NCBI GenBank assembly: GCA_900314585.1
Contig: OMVV01000003.1
Coordinates: 3,728-67,727 of the forward strand
Reading direction: 5' to 3'
Length of the DNA stretch: 64,000 bases
Source of the DNA: an uncultured Erysipelotrichaceae bacterium
GTDB taxonomy: Bacteria > Bacillota_I > Bacilli_A > RFN20 > CAG-826
Shown here in pieces: positions 30,693 through 42,497 of this stretch. The stretch's first letter is position 1. The number at the start of each line of letters is the position of its first letter. The notes under the pieces were generated by a model, which was not told the origin of the DNA, made no database searches, and was given only the letters and a program-made list of their open reading frames with translations. A program made the translations under genes and the position numbers.

Positions 30693-31542
30693 TGGCTATG
30701 CCATTGCCGAAGGTATTCAACATCAAGTTTCTCGATTGAAAGAGGAATTTTTTAAACTTGGCGTTAATGTCGATGTCAAAAAGAACAATGAATTATTAGC
30801 ATACATTGATAAAGGCGATATCAATAATCATCTTGGTGATTACAAATTTGTAATGTATCTAGACAAAGATCGTTATGTCGCTGAGATGCTCGAAAGAAGC
30901 GGTTATCGTTTATTCAACAAGACTTTATCAATCGTTAAATGCGATGACAAAATGCTCACTCATATTTGTTTGGCGAACGCAGGTATCAAGATGCCGACAT
31001 CCATTTCATCTACTCTTTGTTACCATGATAATGGGAATAGAGATTACTTAAATGGTGTTGAGAAAAAGCTTGGTTATCCCCTCATTGTTAAAGAGAATTA
31101 TGGCTCACTCGGAAAACAAGTATATTTCATCAAAAACCGCGCAGAACTCGAGGAAGTTGAAGATAAATTGATTCATGTTCCTCACATTTTTCAAGAGTTT
31201 ATTGCCTCATCAAAAGGTGTTGATTATCGTGTGATTGTTATCGGCAATAAAGTTGTTGCCTACATGAAGCGTGAGAATAAACATTCTTATCTTTCTAATC
31301 TCGCAACAGGTGGTCACGCAAGTAAGGTTGATTTGCCTCAAGAATATTTAGATGTTGCAGTTAAAGCTAGTAAGATTTTAGATCTTGATTATTGCGGGGT
31401 TGATCTTCTAATCGGTCCAAACAATGAACCAATTCTTTCGGAGGTCAATTCCAATGCCTTCTTTGAAGGAATAGAAAAAACTACCGGAGTCAATGTCGCT
31501 GGTAGTTATGCTAAATACGTTTTAGAACAAATCTTTAGATAA
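30670..31542 (+). CDS. RimK-type ATP-grasp ligase
   Basis: GYPLIVKENYGSLGKQVYFIKN, DYRVIVIGNKVVA, CGVDLL..EPILSEVNSNAFFEGIEKTTGVNVAG match the RimK/GshB-like ATP-grasp layout. ATG 30670 preferred over TTG 30652. Confidence 0.8.
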   Translation: MKGLLITNGYAIAEGIQHQVSRLKEEFFKLGVNVDVKKNNELLAYIDKGDINNHLGDYKFVMYLDKDRYVAEMLERSGYRLFNKTLSIVKCDDKMLTHICLANAGIKMPTSISSTLCYHDNGNRDYLNGVEKKLGYPLIVKENYGSLGKQVYFIKNRAELEEVEDKLIHVPHIFQEFIASSKGVDYRVIVIGNKVVAYMKRENKHSYLSNLATGGHASKVDLPQEYLDVAVKASKILDLDYCGVDLLIGPNNEPILSEVNSNAFFEGIEKTTGVNVAGSYAKYVLEQIFR

Positions 31543-32272
31543 GATTTTTAAATACTTCTCTTATATCGTCGCGAATAACAATTTTTGCATATGCATCATA
31601 TGGTGTTGGATCACGATTGATGATGACAAGATTATTTCCTCTAAAGTAATTTAAGATTCCTGCAGCGGGATAAACAACTAGTGAAGAACCAACAACAATT
31701 AGTAAATCTGCATTTTCAGTTGCGTGAACAGAGTCATGAATCGCCATTGAATCAATGCCTTCTTCAAAAAGAATAACATCGGGCTTGATAATGCCTCCAC
31801 ATTTTGTACAGTGTGGCACGCCATCTTGAGCCATAATTTGTTCGAGAGTATATTTCTCACCACAATCCATACATGTGTTTCTTTGGGTTGAGCCATGAAA
31901 CTCAACAACATTCTTAGAACCAGCAACAGTATGTAAGCCATCGATGTTTTGAGTGATAATCATCACATTCTTGCGTTTTTCTAATTTCGCTAAATATTCA
32001 TGAGCAACATTTGGTTTAGCGTTCTTAAATATCATCTGCTCTTTGTAGTAGCGATAAAAATCTTCAGTGTGATACATAAAAAATGAATGCGAAACGATCG
32101 TTTCATAATCATATTTATATTTCTTAATTAAATCTTTATTATTGGCTGCTCCATCCTTTGATCTAATATCAGGAATTCCAGAAGCGGTTGAAATACCAGC
32201 GCCAGTAACAACGACAATGTTTTTGGCGTCATCAATTAGTTTTTGAAGTTGCTTAATTTTTTCTATTTGCAT
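31535..32272 (-). CDS. cobB: NAD-dependent protein deacylase (Sir2/CobB family)
   Basis: GAGISTASGIPDIRS, QNIDGLH, Zn ribbon CMDCG..CTKCGG, VVGSSLVVYPAA; 245 aa. Confidence 0.9.
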   Translation of the reverse strand: MQIEKIKQLQKLIDDAKNIVVVTGAGISTASGIPDIRSKDGAANNKDLIKKYKYDYETIVSHSFFMYHTEDFYRYYKEQMIFKNAKPNVAHEYLAKLEKRKNVMIITQNIDGLHTVAGSKNVVEFHGSTQRNTCMDCGEKYTLEQIMAQDGVPHCTKCGGIIKPDVILFEEGIDSMAIHDSVHATENADLLIVVGSSLVVYPAAGILNYFRGNNLVIINRDPTPYDAYAKIVIRDDIREVFKNLI

Positions 32273-32817
32273 GTTTGACCGTTAAGTCCAATTTCAACTT
32301 TTTCTCGTGCGGCTTTTCCTAATAATTTTTCAACAATAGCAAGGGCAAAAGGGATTGAATATCTCATGCTTCTCGCTGTGATGAAATTGCTAGAAGTTTC
32401 CACCTCGTTTCCAGTAAAATCACCGACAATTCCCGAATTAAATCCCGCAAAACAAGTATATTTCTCATTTGCTAAATAACCTAGTTTTCCAAGGATTGAA
32501 GGTGCTGCGCAAATTGCACAGACGAGCTTGTTTGCTTTAACAAATTTTTCAAGATAAATTGGAACCAAATCTGATTCAGATAAGTTTCTGGCTCCGCGTC
32601 CGCCACCAGGAAGAACAATGAAGTCGTATGGAGTTGTATCGAATATTAAATTTAGTTGAGCGTCTGCTAAAACGTGTAACCCAAAACTTGATTCAACCTC
32701 CAAGCGATTGGTTATTGAAGCGGTTGTTACTTCAATTCCCGCTCTTAAAAGAACATCTCTAGTAGTTAATGCTTCGGTATCTTCAAAGCCATCAGCAAGT
32801 AATAGTAATCCTCTCAT
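32263..32817 (-). CDS. DJ-1/PfpI (ThiJ) family protein
   Basis: LLLADGFEDTE, nucleophile elbow AICAAP. ATG 32817 with SD AAGGTGA preferred over GTG 32826. Confidence 0.85.
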   Translation of the reverse strand: MRGLLLLADGFEDTEALTTRDVLLRAGIEVTTASITNRLEVESSFGLHVLADAQLNLIFDTTPYDFIVLPGGGRGARNLSESDLVPIYLEKFVKANKLVCAICAAPSILGKLGYLANEKYTCFAGFNSGIVGDFTGNEVETSSNFITARSMRYSIPFALAIVEKLLGKAAREKVEIGLNGQTCK

Positions 32818-32836
32818 ATATTTCACCTTTTAATAT

Positions 32837-32849
32837 TATAATTTATAAT
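32837..32849 (+). promoter_or_regulatory. two overlapping TATAAT hexamers 11-18 nt upstream of ATG 32861
   Basis: tataatttataat; no SD before the lipoprotein ATG. The divergent DJ-1 start is only 43 nt away. Confidence 0.35.
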
Positions 32850-32860
32850 AGTTCGTGGTT

Positions 32861-33601
32861 ATGAAGAAAATTTCTCGATTATTAATTTTATTAACTGCCA
32901 TCACTTTAACTGGTTGTAATACTTCTGGTGGTGGTTCTAAACCAAAGAAGAGTAGTAGTTATTCTACTTCTGTTTCACCATCCTCGTCTGGAGAATCATC
33001 TTCAACTAGCGGTGCACCATCTAGTAGCGCAACATCTGCCACATCATCTTCGTCATCCACTTCTGGATCATCTATTACTTCAATTCCATCCGGAACAGTT
33101 ATTACTGTTAACTTATCCGGTAACGATATTGATTTTTATGATTATGGAATGCAATTCGATGATGACGGACACTCGAAGAATGTCAAATCTTTACTTGATG
33201 CCATTAATGATCAGATTGGTGCAAATATTGTTGCCAGTATCAATGCAACAAGCATGCATGTTGGTTCAGATAACGGGGAACATCAAGCCGCTCACTATCA
33301 CCTTCAAGTCGGTTCAGGTTCTGCCGCTGGATCCATTACCTTTAACTTAGTTGCCTATGTTTCTAAAGTAGTTATTTCTTGTTATCCATATTTCAAAAAT
33401 TACAGTGATGGTTCAAACGTTGATACAAACGCAAGAATCAACATTGAAGGCGAGACCCACAATCTAACAACAAAAACAGAAGGCGACCAAGAACTACAAA
33501 CCTTTGAATATACATACTCAACAGTGAAACAATCTCTGACATTATCGAATAATGCCGGTCAACAAAGGGTATTCATCGAAACAATTGAATTTCATTTCTA
33601 A
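32861..33601 (+). CDS. surface lipoprotein with Ser-rich linker (246 aa)
   Basis: MKKISRLLILLTAITLTGC (LTGC lipobox), about 55 aa Ser-rich tract, then a globular domain of unknown family. Confidence 0.7.
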   Translation: MKKISRLLILLTAITLTGCNTSGGGSKPKKSSSYSTSVSPSSSGESSSTSGAPSSSATSATSSSSSTSGSSITSIPSGTVITVNLSGNDIDFYDYGMQFDDDGHSKNVKSLLDAINDQIGANIVASINATSMHVGSDNGEHQAAHYHLQVGSGSAAGSITFNLVAYVSKVVISCYPYFKNYSDGSNVDTNARINIEGETHNLTTKTEGDQELQTFEYTYSTVKQSLTLSNNAGQQRVFIETIEFHF

Positions 33602-33609
33602 AATAGAGG

Positions 33610-33640
33610 CGCTTATCTATTAGGTAAGCGTTTTTTATTT
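33610..33640 (+). terminator. rho-independent terminator
   Basis: cgcttatc-tatta-ggtaagcg stem-loop followed by ttttttattt. Confidence 0.7.
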
Positions 33641-33704
33641 ATAGCTACTTGATTTTAAATAATAGATAAGATATTATCTTATTCGCAAAGAAGGAAGAAA
33701 ATAA

Positions 33705-35006
33705 ATGGAAAATACAAAAATCAAATCCATCCACGGTCGTGAAATTCTTGACTCCCGTGGAAATCCTACCGTTGAAGTTGATGTCGTTTTGGAAAACGGC
33801 ATGATGGCTCGTGCTGAAGTCCCAAGCGGTGCTTCAACAGGTATCTATGAAGCCCTCGAGCTTCGTGATGGCGATAAATCCCGTTACCTTGGTAAAGGTA
33901 CATTAAAAGCCGTTGCTAATGTTAACGATATTCTCGCTAAAGAATTAAAAGGTATGGATGCATCAAACCCAGACGCAATCGATGATAAGATGCTCCAAAT
34001 CGATGGCACCAAAGGCAAAACCAAATTAGGTGCTAATGCAATCCTTGCGGTTTCTCTCGCAGTTAACAAATTAGCTGCTCAAATCAAAGGTGAACCACTC
34101 TACAAATATTTAGCAAATGGTGGAGATGTCGTCTTACCAGTTCCAATGATGAACATCCTCAATGGTGGCTGCCACGCTAGCAACACTGTCGACTCACAAG
34201 AGTTCATGATTATGCCAGTTGGTGCTCCAAACTTCAGAGAATGTCTACGTTGGTGTTCAGAAGTCTATCACGTCCTCGCCAAGAACTTAAAAGCCAAAGG
34301 CTTAGCGGTTTCTGTCGGTGATGAAGGTGGCTTCGCTCCAAACCTCGCATCCGATGAAGAAGTCTTATCCGAAATCGTCAAAGCAATCAAAGATGCTGGC
34401 TATGTCCCAGGCAAAGACTTCAAGTTAGCAATGGATGCTGCCGCTTCTGAATGGAAAGACAGTGAAAAAGGTGTTGGTTACTATTACTTACCAAAACAAA
34501 AGAAACATATGACCAGCGACGAACTTATCGAACACTGGACTAAACTTCTTGATCAATTCCCAATCGTTTCTTACGAAGATATCCTTGACGAAGAAGACTG
34601 GGAAGGTTGGAAGAAACTCACCGCTAAGATCGGTAACAGAGTCCAACTCGTCGGAGACGACTTATTCGTCACCAACGTCGAAAGACTTGCTCATGGTATC
34701 AAAGTCGGTGCGGCAAACTCCATCCTCATCAAACTCAACCAAATCGGTTCAGTTAAAGAAACCAAAGCCGCTATTAAGATGGCTCACGATGCTGGCTATA
34801 CAGCTGTTACATCCCATCGTTCCGGTGAAACCGAAGATACATTCATCGCTGATTTATGTGTCGGTTTAGCAACTGGTCAAATTAAGACTGGTGCACCATG
34901 CCGTGGCGAAAGAGTTAACAAATACAATCAACTTCTCCGTATCGAAGAAGAACTCGGTAGCAAAGCTAAATACGCTGGTTTAAATGCCTTCAAGTTCTCT
35001 AAGTAA
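33705..35006 (+). CDS. eno: enolase
   Basis: [26 protein letters not shown], 433 aa. Confidence 0.97.
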   Translation: MENTKIKSIHGREILDSRGNPTVEVDVVLENGMMARAEVPSGASTGIYEALELRDGDKSRYLGKGTLKAVANVNDILAKELKGMDASNPDAIDDKMLQIDGTKGKTKLGANAILAVSLAVNKLAAQIKGEPLYKYLANGGDVVLPVPMMNILNGGCHASNTVDSQEFMIMPVGAPNFRECLRWCSEVYHVLAKNLKAKGLAVSVGDEGGFAPNLASDEEVLSEIVKAIKDAGYVPGKDFKLAMDAAASEWKDSEKGVGYYYLPKQKKHMTSDELIEHWTKLLDQFPIVSYEDILDEEDWEGWKKLTAKIGNRVQLVGDDLFVTNVERLAHGIKVGAANSILIKLNQIGSVKETKAAIKMAHDAGYTAVTSHRSGETEDTFIADLCVGLATGQIKTGAPCRGERVNKYNQLLRIEEELGSKAKYAGLNAFKFSK

Positions 35007-35022
35007 TTTAGTGAATACAATT

Positions 35023-35053
35023 AAGAGTCTCGATTGTGAGACTCTTTTTGTTT
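35023..35053 (+). terminator. rho-independent terminator after eno
   Basis: 9-bp stem aagagtctc/gagactctt, 6-nt loop, T-run. Confidence 0.75.
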
Positions 35054-35065
35054 ACAATATTAGCT

Positions 35066-35938
35066 ATGAAACGCAAGATTCATCATATTCCATTTAAAGG
35101 CTTCTATACATATTGCTACACCTTTGGAGACATATCTAAAGGCATACCTTTAATCATCCTTCATGGCGGCCCAGGTGGTAATGACGAACGTTATGAACCG
35201 CTTGAAGAACTCGCAAAAAAGGGAATCCCTTTAATCTTTTATGATCAACTAGGATGCGGTTATTCAAGAGTCCCAAAAGGTAACGATCATCTTTGGACAC
35301 TTGAAACATATTTAGATGAATTAGAAAACGTTATTAAGTATTTTAAACTTAATAAGTTTAATATCCTTGGTCATTCTTGGGGTGGAATGCTTGCTCTTGA
35401 GTGGGTGACGAAACGTAATCCTGTTGGTTTAGATAAATTGATTCTATTCTCAACCTTACCTTCTACAAAGATTTGGAATGACGAGCATCTTGCAATGGTG
35501 GAGTCATTCCCAGAAAAAGAAAAGAACGCGATCATTGGTGATTTGAATGGCTTAGAGGTCGATAAAAAGTGTCTCAAAGCAGGTATCAAACGTTTCAATC
35601 AAGAACACGTTTCAAAAAAGAAAGATAAAAAATACAAATTCACTCGTAAAAGATTCCCTAAGACAAATCGCGAAATATACGAGAAAATGTGGGGAAAATC
35701 AGAACTTTTTGGTACAGGCACGCTTGCCGATTGGAACACAATTCCTGATTTAAAGAATATCAAAAACGAGACTTTGATTTTATCTGGAAGACTTGATGAA
35801 TCTACACCAAAAATTAACGAATTAATGAATAAAGAAATTAAGAACTCAAGATGGGTTTTACTTCAAAATTCACATCACATTGGATATGCTGAAGAACCAG
35901 AGTTGGTTTTAAACGAGATTTTAAAATTTATAAAATAA
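35066..35938 (+). CDS. pip: proline iminopeptidase family alpha/beta hydrolase
   Basis: HGGPGG oxyanion motif, GHSWGG nucleophile elbow, late His (NSHH). Start moved to ATG 35066 because GTG 35036 lies inside the eno terminator. Confidence 0.8.
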   Translation: MKRKIHHIPFKGFYTYCYTFGDISKGIPLIILHGGPGGNDERYEPLEELAKKGIPLIFYDQLGCGYSRVPKGNDHLWTLETYLDELENVIKYFKLNKFNILGHSWGGMLALEWVTKRNPVGLDKLILFSTLPSTKIWNDEHLAMVESFPEKEKNAIIGDLNGLEVDKKCLKAGIKRFNQEHVSKKKDKKYKFTRKRFPKTNREIYEKMWGKSELFGTGTLADWNTIPDLKNIKNETLILSGRLDESTPKINELMNKEIKNSRWVLLQNSHHIGYAEEPELVLNEILKFIK

Positions 35939-36920
35939 ATTTCTTAAGTTGTTGTTTTGTAGCTTCATCTGCAAACGAAGCATTAATTGTATTGAGAGCG
36001 AACTCACGTAGTTCGTTTTCTTTATATCCAAGTCTAGCAAGTGTCGCGTATTCTTTCTTGACCGAAGTATTGCATACACTCATATCATCAGAGTTGATTG
36101 AGACCTTGATTCCCATATCCAAAAACTGACGAATTGGGAGCTCATCATAGTTACTAATCGCTTTGGTGTCTAAATTGGATTTTGGACAAATTTCTAAGCA
36201 AATCTCTAGTTTTTTGAGTAATTCGCAAACTTTTTTATCAGCGATTGCGTGGATGCCATGACCGATACGATCCGCCCCAAGTTCAATGGCAGATTTCACT
36301 GATTCTGGACCAGAAGCTTCACCGGCATGAATAATTAAGTTAAGACCATACTTTTTAACTAGAGCAAACTCAAATGCGAACAACTCATTTGGGAATAAAG
36401 CCTCCGCTCCAGCAATATCTACAGCGACAACTTTGCCATTGCAATATTTTTTCGCGAGTTCGATAGTTTCGACATTAGCTTCCTTTGTATTTTCGCCACG
36501 CATCATACAAACAATTAGATTAGATTTAATTCCGAATTTCTTCTCGCCTTCTTTTAAAGCCTCAATCATTGTTTGGATAACTTCTTCTTGGCTTAGTCCT
36601 TTAGCGGTGGATAATTGTGGTGCCATCCTAATTTCCGCGTACTTAACGCCATCATCAGAAATTCTTTTTAATAAATCTAATGTGCAATATGAAAGGCCAA
36701 ACTTACTTTGTAAAACAAGGTTAGGAAGATCGAATCTCTTTAAAAGTTCATTGAGTGAAGGACAATCTTCTGGTGCTTGTAAATAAGACACTAGTTCTTC
36801 TTTTGAATAAGTCGGTAATTTGATGTTTTCTTTTTGAGCAACCGCGATAACGGCTTCCGGAGACAATGATCCATCTAAGTGAAGATGGATGTCTGCAATT
36901 GCGTATTTTTCGTAATTCAT
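35928..36920 (-). CDS. add: adenosine deaminase
   Basis: DIHLHLDGS metal motif, HAGE, SINSDD; 330 aa. Confidence 0.9.
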   Translation of the reverse strand: MNYEKYAIADIHLHLDGSLSPEAVIAVAQKENIKLPTYSKEELVSYLQAPEDCPSLNELLKRFDLPNLVLQSKFGLSYCTLDLLKRISDDGVKYAEIRMAPQLSTAKGLSQEEVIQTMIEALKEGEKKFGIKSNLIVCMMRGENTKEANVETIELAKKYCNGKVVAVDIAGAEALFPNELFAFEFALVKKYGLNLIIHAGEASGPESVKSAIELGADRIGHGIHAIADKKVCELLKKLEICLEICPKSNLDTKAISNYDELPIRQFLDMGIKVSINSDDMSVCNTSVKKEYATLARLGYKENELREFALNTINASFADEATKQQLKKFIL

Positions 36921-37008
36921 AGTAACTAAATTATATATAAATTTAATCGTTTTTGTGGAAAATAAATTATTTTATATTAAAATACCTATTGCTGAAGGAG
37001 ATTAAATA

Positions 37009-38340
37009 ATGAAAGAGATTAAAAAAGAACATTTAGATGAATTGTTAAAAGAATATGAACAAGATAAAGCTTGTACTATTGCTAGACACGCTCTTTCAAA
37101 CCAAGATATCGCTGTTGCGGCAGCATCTAAAGATGCTGTTTCGAAAATGGACTTCAACTTTGATATTGATATCAAGACTGCGTCCGTTAACAACCAAAAA
37201 GCATCCGGTCGTTGCTGGATCTTTGCGGCATGTAATGGCATCAGAGATTTAATTGGTAAGAAAATTGGTGTTGGCACATTTAAACTTTCACAAAGCTATA
37301 TTGCTTTCTATGACAAATTAGAAAAACTCAATTACACACTTGAAGCATTAATTGAAACTATTGACAAGGATTACGATGATCGCACCGTTCAATTCTTAGT
37401 CCAAAACGGAATTGGTGATGGTGGTCAATGGGATATGCTTGTTAACATTGTTAACAAATATGGTATTTGCCCAAAGAATGCTTATGTCGAAACATACACT
37501 TCAAACAACACTCGAATTCTCAATTCACTTTTAAATGCTGAAATTAGAAAATTCGCTAGCGAAGCTCGTCAAGTCAAAGCTAAGAAAGGTATGAAGGGCG
37601 TCGAAGAACTTAAAGAATCATACATGAGACGCTTCTACCGCGCTCTTGTTAGTTGCTATGGCGTGCCACCAAAACAATTTGATCTTAAATACACAGATGA
37701 TAAAGGACAATTCCAAATTGTTCGTGGATTTACCCCACAATCATTCTTTGAAAAATATGTTGGCAAACGTTTAGATGAGTTTGTTAGCTGCATCAACGCT
37801 CCAACCAAAACCAAACCATTCTACAAATCCTATACAGTTCAATACTTAGGTAACGTTGTAGGCGGTAAGATTGTTAAACACTTAAATCTTCCTATGGAAA
37901 GACTTAAAGAACTTATTCTTGCTCAACTTAAAGATGGCAAGATTGTTTGGTTCGGTAGTGATGTTTCCTCCTATGGAGACAGAATGCGTGGTGTTTGGGA
38001 TGACCAAGAATTCGACTTTAAATCATTGTTAGATTTAGATATCAAGATGGATAAGGGCGAATCCTTAGACTTCCGTTCATCCGCGATGAATCACGCAATG
38101 TGTATCACGGGTGTCGCGTTCAATGAAAAAGGCAACCCAACCAAGTGGAAAATCAAAAACTCCTGGGGTAATGACCGTGGTAAAGAAGGATTCTTTATCA
38201 TGTCAGATACCTGGTTTGATCAATTCACATATCAAGCGGTTATCGACCGTAAATATTTAACTAAAGAAGAACTCGCAGCCTACGAAAAAGACCCAGTTGT
38301 CTTAAAACCATGGGATCCAATGGGTTCTTTAGCAGACTAA
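37009..38340 (+). CDS. pepC: aminopeptidase C (bleomycin-hydrolase-type cysteine peptidase)
   Basis: NQKASGRCWIFA catalytic Cys, NHAM His, KNSWG; 443 aa. Confidence 0.92.
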   Translation: MKEIKKEHLDELLKEYEQDKACTIARHALSNQDIAVAAASKDAVSKMDFNFDIDIKTASVNNQKASGRCWIFAACNGIRDLIGKKIGVGTFKLSQSYIAFYDKLEKLNYTLEALIETIDKDYDDRTVQFLVQNGIGDGGQWDMLVNIVNKYGICPKNAYVETYTSNNTRILNSLLNAEIRKFASEARQVKAKKGMKGVEELKESYMRRFYRALVSCYGVPPKQFDLKYTDDKGQFQIVRGFTPQSFFEKYVGKRLDEFVSCINAPTKTKPFYKSYTVQYLGNVVGGKIVKHLNLPMERLKELILAQLKDGKIVWFGSDVSSYGDRMRGVWDDQEFDFKSLLDLDIKMDKGESLDFRSSAMNHAMCITGVAFNEKGNPTKWKIKNSWGNDRGKEGFFIMSDTWFDQFTYQAVIDRKYLTKEELAAYEKDPVVLKPWDPMGSLAD

Positions 38341-38356
38341 TTAAAGGAGAAAAATC

Positions 38357-39106
38357 ATGCATAAATTAGTACTTATTAGACATGGCGAATCCGAATGGAA
38401 TAAATTAAATTTATTTACCGGATGGACCGATGTCGAATTATCCGAAAAAGGTGTTTCCGAAGCTCACCGCGCTGGTAAAACCTTAAAAGAAGAAGGCTAT
38501 GATTTCGATATCGTTTTCACTTCTTTGCTCAAGAGAGCAATTCACACAATGAACAATGTCTTATTTGAACTTGATCGTGAATGGTTACCGGTTTATAAAT
38601 CTTGGAGACTTAATGAACGTCATTATGGCGCGCTTCAAGGTTTAAACAAAGCGGAAACCGCTGAAAAATACGGTGAAGAACAAGTTAAGGTTTGGAGACG
38701 TAGCTATGACTGTCCTCCACCAGCCTTAAGTGAAGATGATCCACGTAACCCAGCTAACCAAGCTCAATTTAGAGATGTTCCAAAGAAAGATTTACCACTT
38801 CATGAATCTTTAGAGATGACTGTCGCTCGTGCAGTTCCATACTTCGAAGAAGTCATCAAACCAGAAATGAAGAAAGGTAAACGCTGTTTAGTCGTTGCCC
38901 ACGGCAACTCACTCCGTGCTTTAGTCAAATATTTTGACAACATGGCAGATTCTGAAATCGTTGGAGTTAACATCCCAACTGGTGTCCCACTAGTTTATGA
39001 ATTTGACGATAACTTCAAAGCCGTTAAACATTATTACTTAATGGACGAAGCCTCTCTTAAAGCAGAAATGGAAGCCGTCGCCAACCAAGGCAAAGCCAAG
39101 AAATAA
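38357..39106 (+). CDS. gpmA: 2,3-bisphosphoglycerate-dependent phosphoglycerate mutase
   Basis: [24 protein letters not shown]. Confidence 0.95.
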   Translation: MHKLVLIRHGESEWNKLNLFTGWTDVELSEKGVSEAHRAGKTLKEEGYDFDIVFTSLLKRAIHTMNNVLFELDREWLPVYKSWRLNERHYGALQGLNKAETAEKYGEEQVKVWRRSYDCPPPALSEDDPRNPANQAQFRDVPKKDLPLHESLEMTVARAVPYFEEVIKPEMKKGKRCLVVAHGNSLRALVKYFDNMADSEIVGVNIPTGVPLVYEFDDNFKAVKHYYLMDEASLKAEMEAVANQGKAKK

Positions 39107-39435
39107 TGAAAAAAGAAACCTACGACCGTTTAATCAAATTCCGCGATGATCGCGATTGGTCCCAGTTTCACACTGGAGAAAATCTCGCTAAGTCACTTGT
39201 GATAGAAGCCGGAGAACTTCTCGAAGTTTTCCAATACGGTAATAAAGAAAAGTCCGTTGACAAAGTCAAAGAAGAGCTCGCGGATGTGTTTATGTATGCG
39301 ATGCTTCTCGCAGATCGTTACCATCTCGATATTGATGAGATTATTAACGAGAAAATGGATGCAAACGAAAGAAAGTATCCAAAGGATATGGTCAAAGGTT
39401 CTTCCAAAAAATATAACGAATATAAACAAAAATGA
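39106..39435 (+). CDS. MazG-like nucleotide pyrophosphohydrolase, paralog 2
   Basis: 109 aa; RDWSQFHTGENLAKSLVIEAGELLE ... KEELADV. taATG overlap with gpmA and ATGA overlap with prs. Confidence 0.75.
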   Translation: MKKETYDRLIKFRDDRDWSQFHTGENLAKSLVIEAGELLEVFQYGNKEKSVDKVKEELADVFMYAMLLADRYHLDIDEIINEKMDANERKYPKDMVKGSSKKYNEYKQK

Positions 39436-40331
39436 AAGACGCATTAATCTTTTCACTTTCAACTAGCAAACAACTCGCAAAAAAGATTTCTGAGAGATCA
39501 GGAATACCTTTAGGCGAAAGCCAAGTTGTTAAGTTTTCTGATGGTGAAATAATGTGTCGCTGTCTTTCAAATGTTAAAGGCAAAGATTGTTATATTGTTC
39601 AATCGACAATTGCTACATCATCCGATTCACTTTTTGAAGTGTTTATTTTTATTGATTCACTCAAAAACGCTGGAGCAAAAGACATCATTTTAATCACCCC
39701 ATATTATGGCTACTCTAGACAAGATAGAGTCGCTCAAAAAGGTGAACCTATTACTGCGAAAATCGTCGCAAATCTCTTACAAAGCTGCGGAATTAGTCAA
39801 TTAATTTCTGTTGATTTACACACCCAACAAATCCAAGGTTTCTTCTCTATTCCAGTCGTGAATTTAGAGACCTCTGATTTATTTGGAAATTATTTTGCGA
39901 AACGTTTCAATGAATTAGGTATCAAACACGAAAATGTTGTAGTGGTCTCGCCTGATCATGGTTCAGCTAATCGTGGTCGTGATGTGTGCAGCGCACTTAA
40001 CAACGCGACCCTCGCAGTAATCGACAAGCGTAGACCTGCGCCCAATAAATCCGAAGTTACCAATGTTGTCGGCGATACAAAAGGCAAAGTCTGCTTAATC
40101 GTTGACGATATTGTTGATACAGGTGGCACCCTTAATAATGCTGTCGAAGCTCTTTTCCAAAAAGGTGCCAAAGACGTTTACGTCGCAATTACTCATCCAA
40201 TCTTATCAAAAGATAAATTAGACTCTCGCATTAAAGAATTTGTCACAACTGATACAGTTGAGAAATCTCTTATGAATGCAACCGTATTGTCTGTAGCAGA
40301 TTTAATTGCTAAAGCAATCTTATCCGAATAA
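39432..40331 (+). CDS. prs: ribose-phosphate pyrophosphokinase
   Basis: FSDGEI, YYGYSRQDR, PRPP loop LIVDDIVDTGGT. Confidence 0.95.
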   Translation: MKDALIFSLSTSKQLAKKISERSGIPLGESQVVKFSDGEIMCRCLSNVKGKDCYIVQSTIATSSDSLFEVFIFIDSLKNAGAKDIILITPYYGYSRQDRVAQKGEPITAKIVANLLQSCGISQLISVDLHTQQIQGFFSIPVVNLETSDLFGNYFAKRFNELGIKHENVVVVSPDHGSANRGRDVCSALNNATLAVIDKRRPAPNKSEVTNVVGDTKGKVCLIVDDIVDTGGTLNNAVEALFQKGAKDVYVAITHPILSKDKLDSRIKEFVTTDTVEKSLMNATVLSVADLIAKAILSE

Positions 40332-41459
<1,128 letters not shown>

Positions 41460-42497
41460 ATGGATATATCTTTATTCGATTTTAATTTGCCTCTTGAGTT
41501 AATTGCTCAAAGTCCTTCTGAAAAACGTGATGAATCACGTCTTTTAGCAATCAATAAAGATAAGAAAACCTATGAAGATAAAATCTTCCACGACATCATC
41601 GATTATCTTAAACCAGGCGATGTTTTAGTAAGAAATAACACTAAAGTGTTACCTGCTAGAATATTCGGCAAGAAAGAAGATACTGGTGCTCATGTTGAAA
41701 TCTTGCTTCTTCATCGCATCAAAGATGATATTTGGGAATGTTTAGCAGGTAATGCTCGTCCAATCAAAGTCGGTTCTCTCATTTCTTTTAATAACGGCAA
41801 GCTAAAAGCCAAATGTTTGGAAGTTAAAGATGAAGGCATTCGCATCATGGAATTCATCTATGATGGAATCTTTTTAGAAATCTTAGAAGAAATTGGCAAT
41901 ATGCCACTTCCACCATATATCAAAAAACAATGTGAAGATAACGCTAGATATCAAACAATTTATGCAAAAGTCTTAGGAAGTGCTGCTGCGCCTACTGCTG
42001 GCTTTCACTTTACTGAAGAACTTCTCAAGAAGATTAAAGATAAAGGCATCGAAATTCTCGATATTACCTTACACATTGGTTTAGGAACATTTAAACCAGT
42101 TAAAGAAAGTAAAGTCGAAGATCATAAGATGCACTCTGAATATTTTGAAATATCTCAGGAAGTTGCGGATAAATTAAACAAAGCCAAAGCTGAAGGTAGA
42201 AGAATTATCGCGGTTGGCACTACATCGACAAGAACCCTTGAAGCAGTGATGCAAAAGTACGGAAAATTTGTTGCTGCTAAGGAAGAAACGGCAATATTTA
42301 TCACCCCAGGATATAAGTTTTTAGCAATCGATGCATTGATCACAAACTTCCATCTTCCAAAATCAACTTTAATCATGCTTGTATCAGCATTTATGGGCCG
42401 AGAATTCACTCTTGAAGTCTATAATCACGCAATCGAAGAAAGGTATCGTTTCTTCTCGTTTGGAGACTCGATGTTTATTTATGGCGAACAAGATTAA
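41460..42497 (+). CDS. queA: S-adenosylmethionine:tRNA ribosyltransferase-isomerase
   Basis: [25 protein letters not shown]-terminus, GTTSTRTLE, 345 aa. Confidence 0.95.
   Translation: MDISLFDFNLPLELIAQSPSEKRDESRLLAINKDKKTYEDKIFHDIIDYLKPGDVLVRNNTKVLPARIFGKKEDTGAHVEILLLHRIKDDIWECLAGNARPIKVGSLISFNNGKLKAKCLEVKDEGIRIMEFIYDGIFLEILEEIGNMPLPPYIKKQCEDNARYQTIYAKVLGSAAAPTAGFHFTEELLKKIKDKGIEILDITLHIGLGTFKPVKESKVEDHKMHSEYFEISQEVADKLNKAKAEGRRIIAVGTTSTRTLEAVMQKYGKFVAAKEETAIFITPGYKFLAIDALITNFHLPKSTLIMLVSAFMGREFTLEVYNHAIEERYRFFSFGDSMFIYGEQD

Noticed and set aside
31535-32272. Sir2-domain protein as a possible anti-phage defence component (Thoeris/DSR-like)
   Set aside because: It is a 245-aa stand-alone CobB-type deacylase with full NAD and Zn-ribbon motifs. 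It has no fused effector or sensor domains, and its neighbours are a DJ-1 protein and housekeeping genes.
32928-33350. 140-aa alternative-frame ORF inside the Ser-rich lipoprotein gene (and the analogous 25977..26201 ORF)
   Set aside because: The Ser-rich tract keeps other frames open. The lipoprotein frame has the signal peptide and lipobox, and the alternative product is His/Leu/Pro low complexity.
35928-36920. Adenosine deaminase as a RADAR-like defence deaminase
   Set aside because: It has ordinary 330-aa Add architecture (HxHxDG, HAGE, SxNSDD). It sits between peptidase genes with no large ATPase partner.
42379-42480. Upstream TTG start giving a 252-aa QueH
   Set aside because: The extension lies entirely inside queA in another frame and has no similarity to QueH. 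ATG 42481 gives the usual N-terminus just before the CCGPCS motif.
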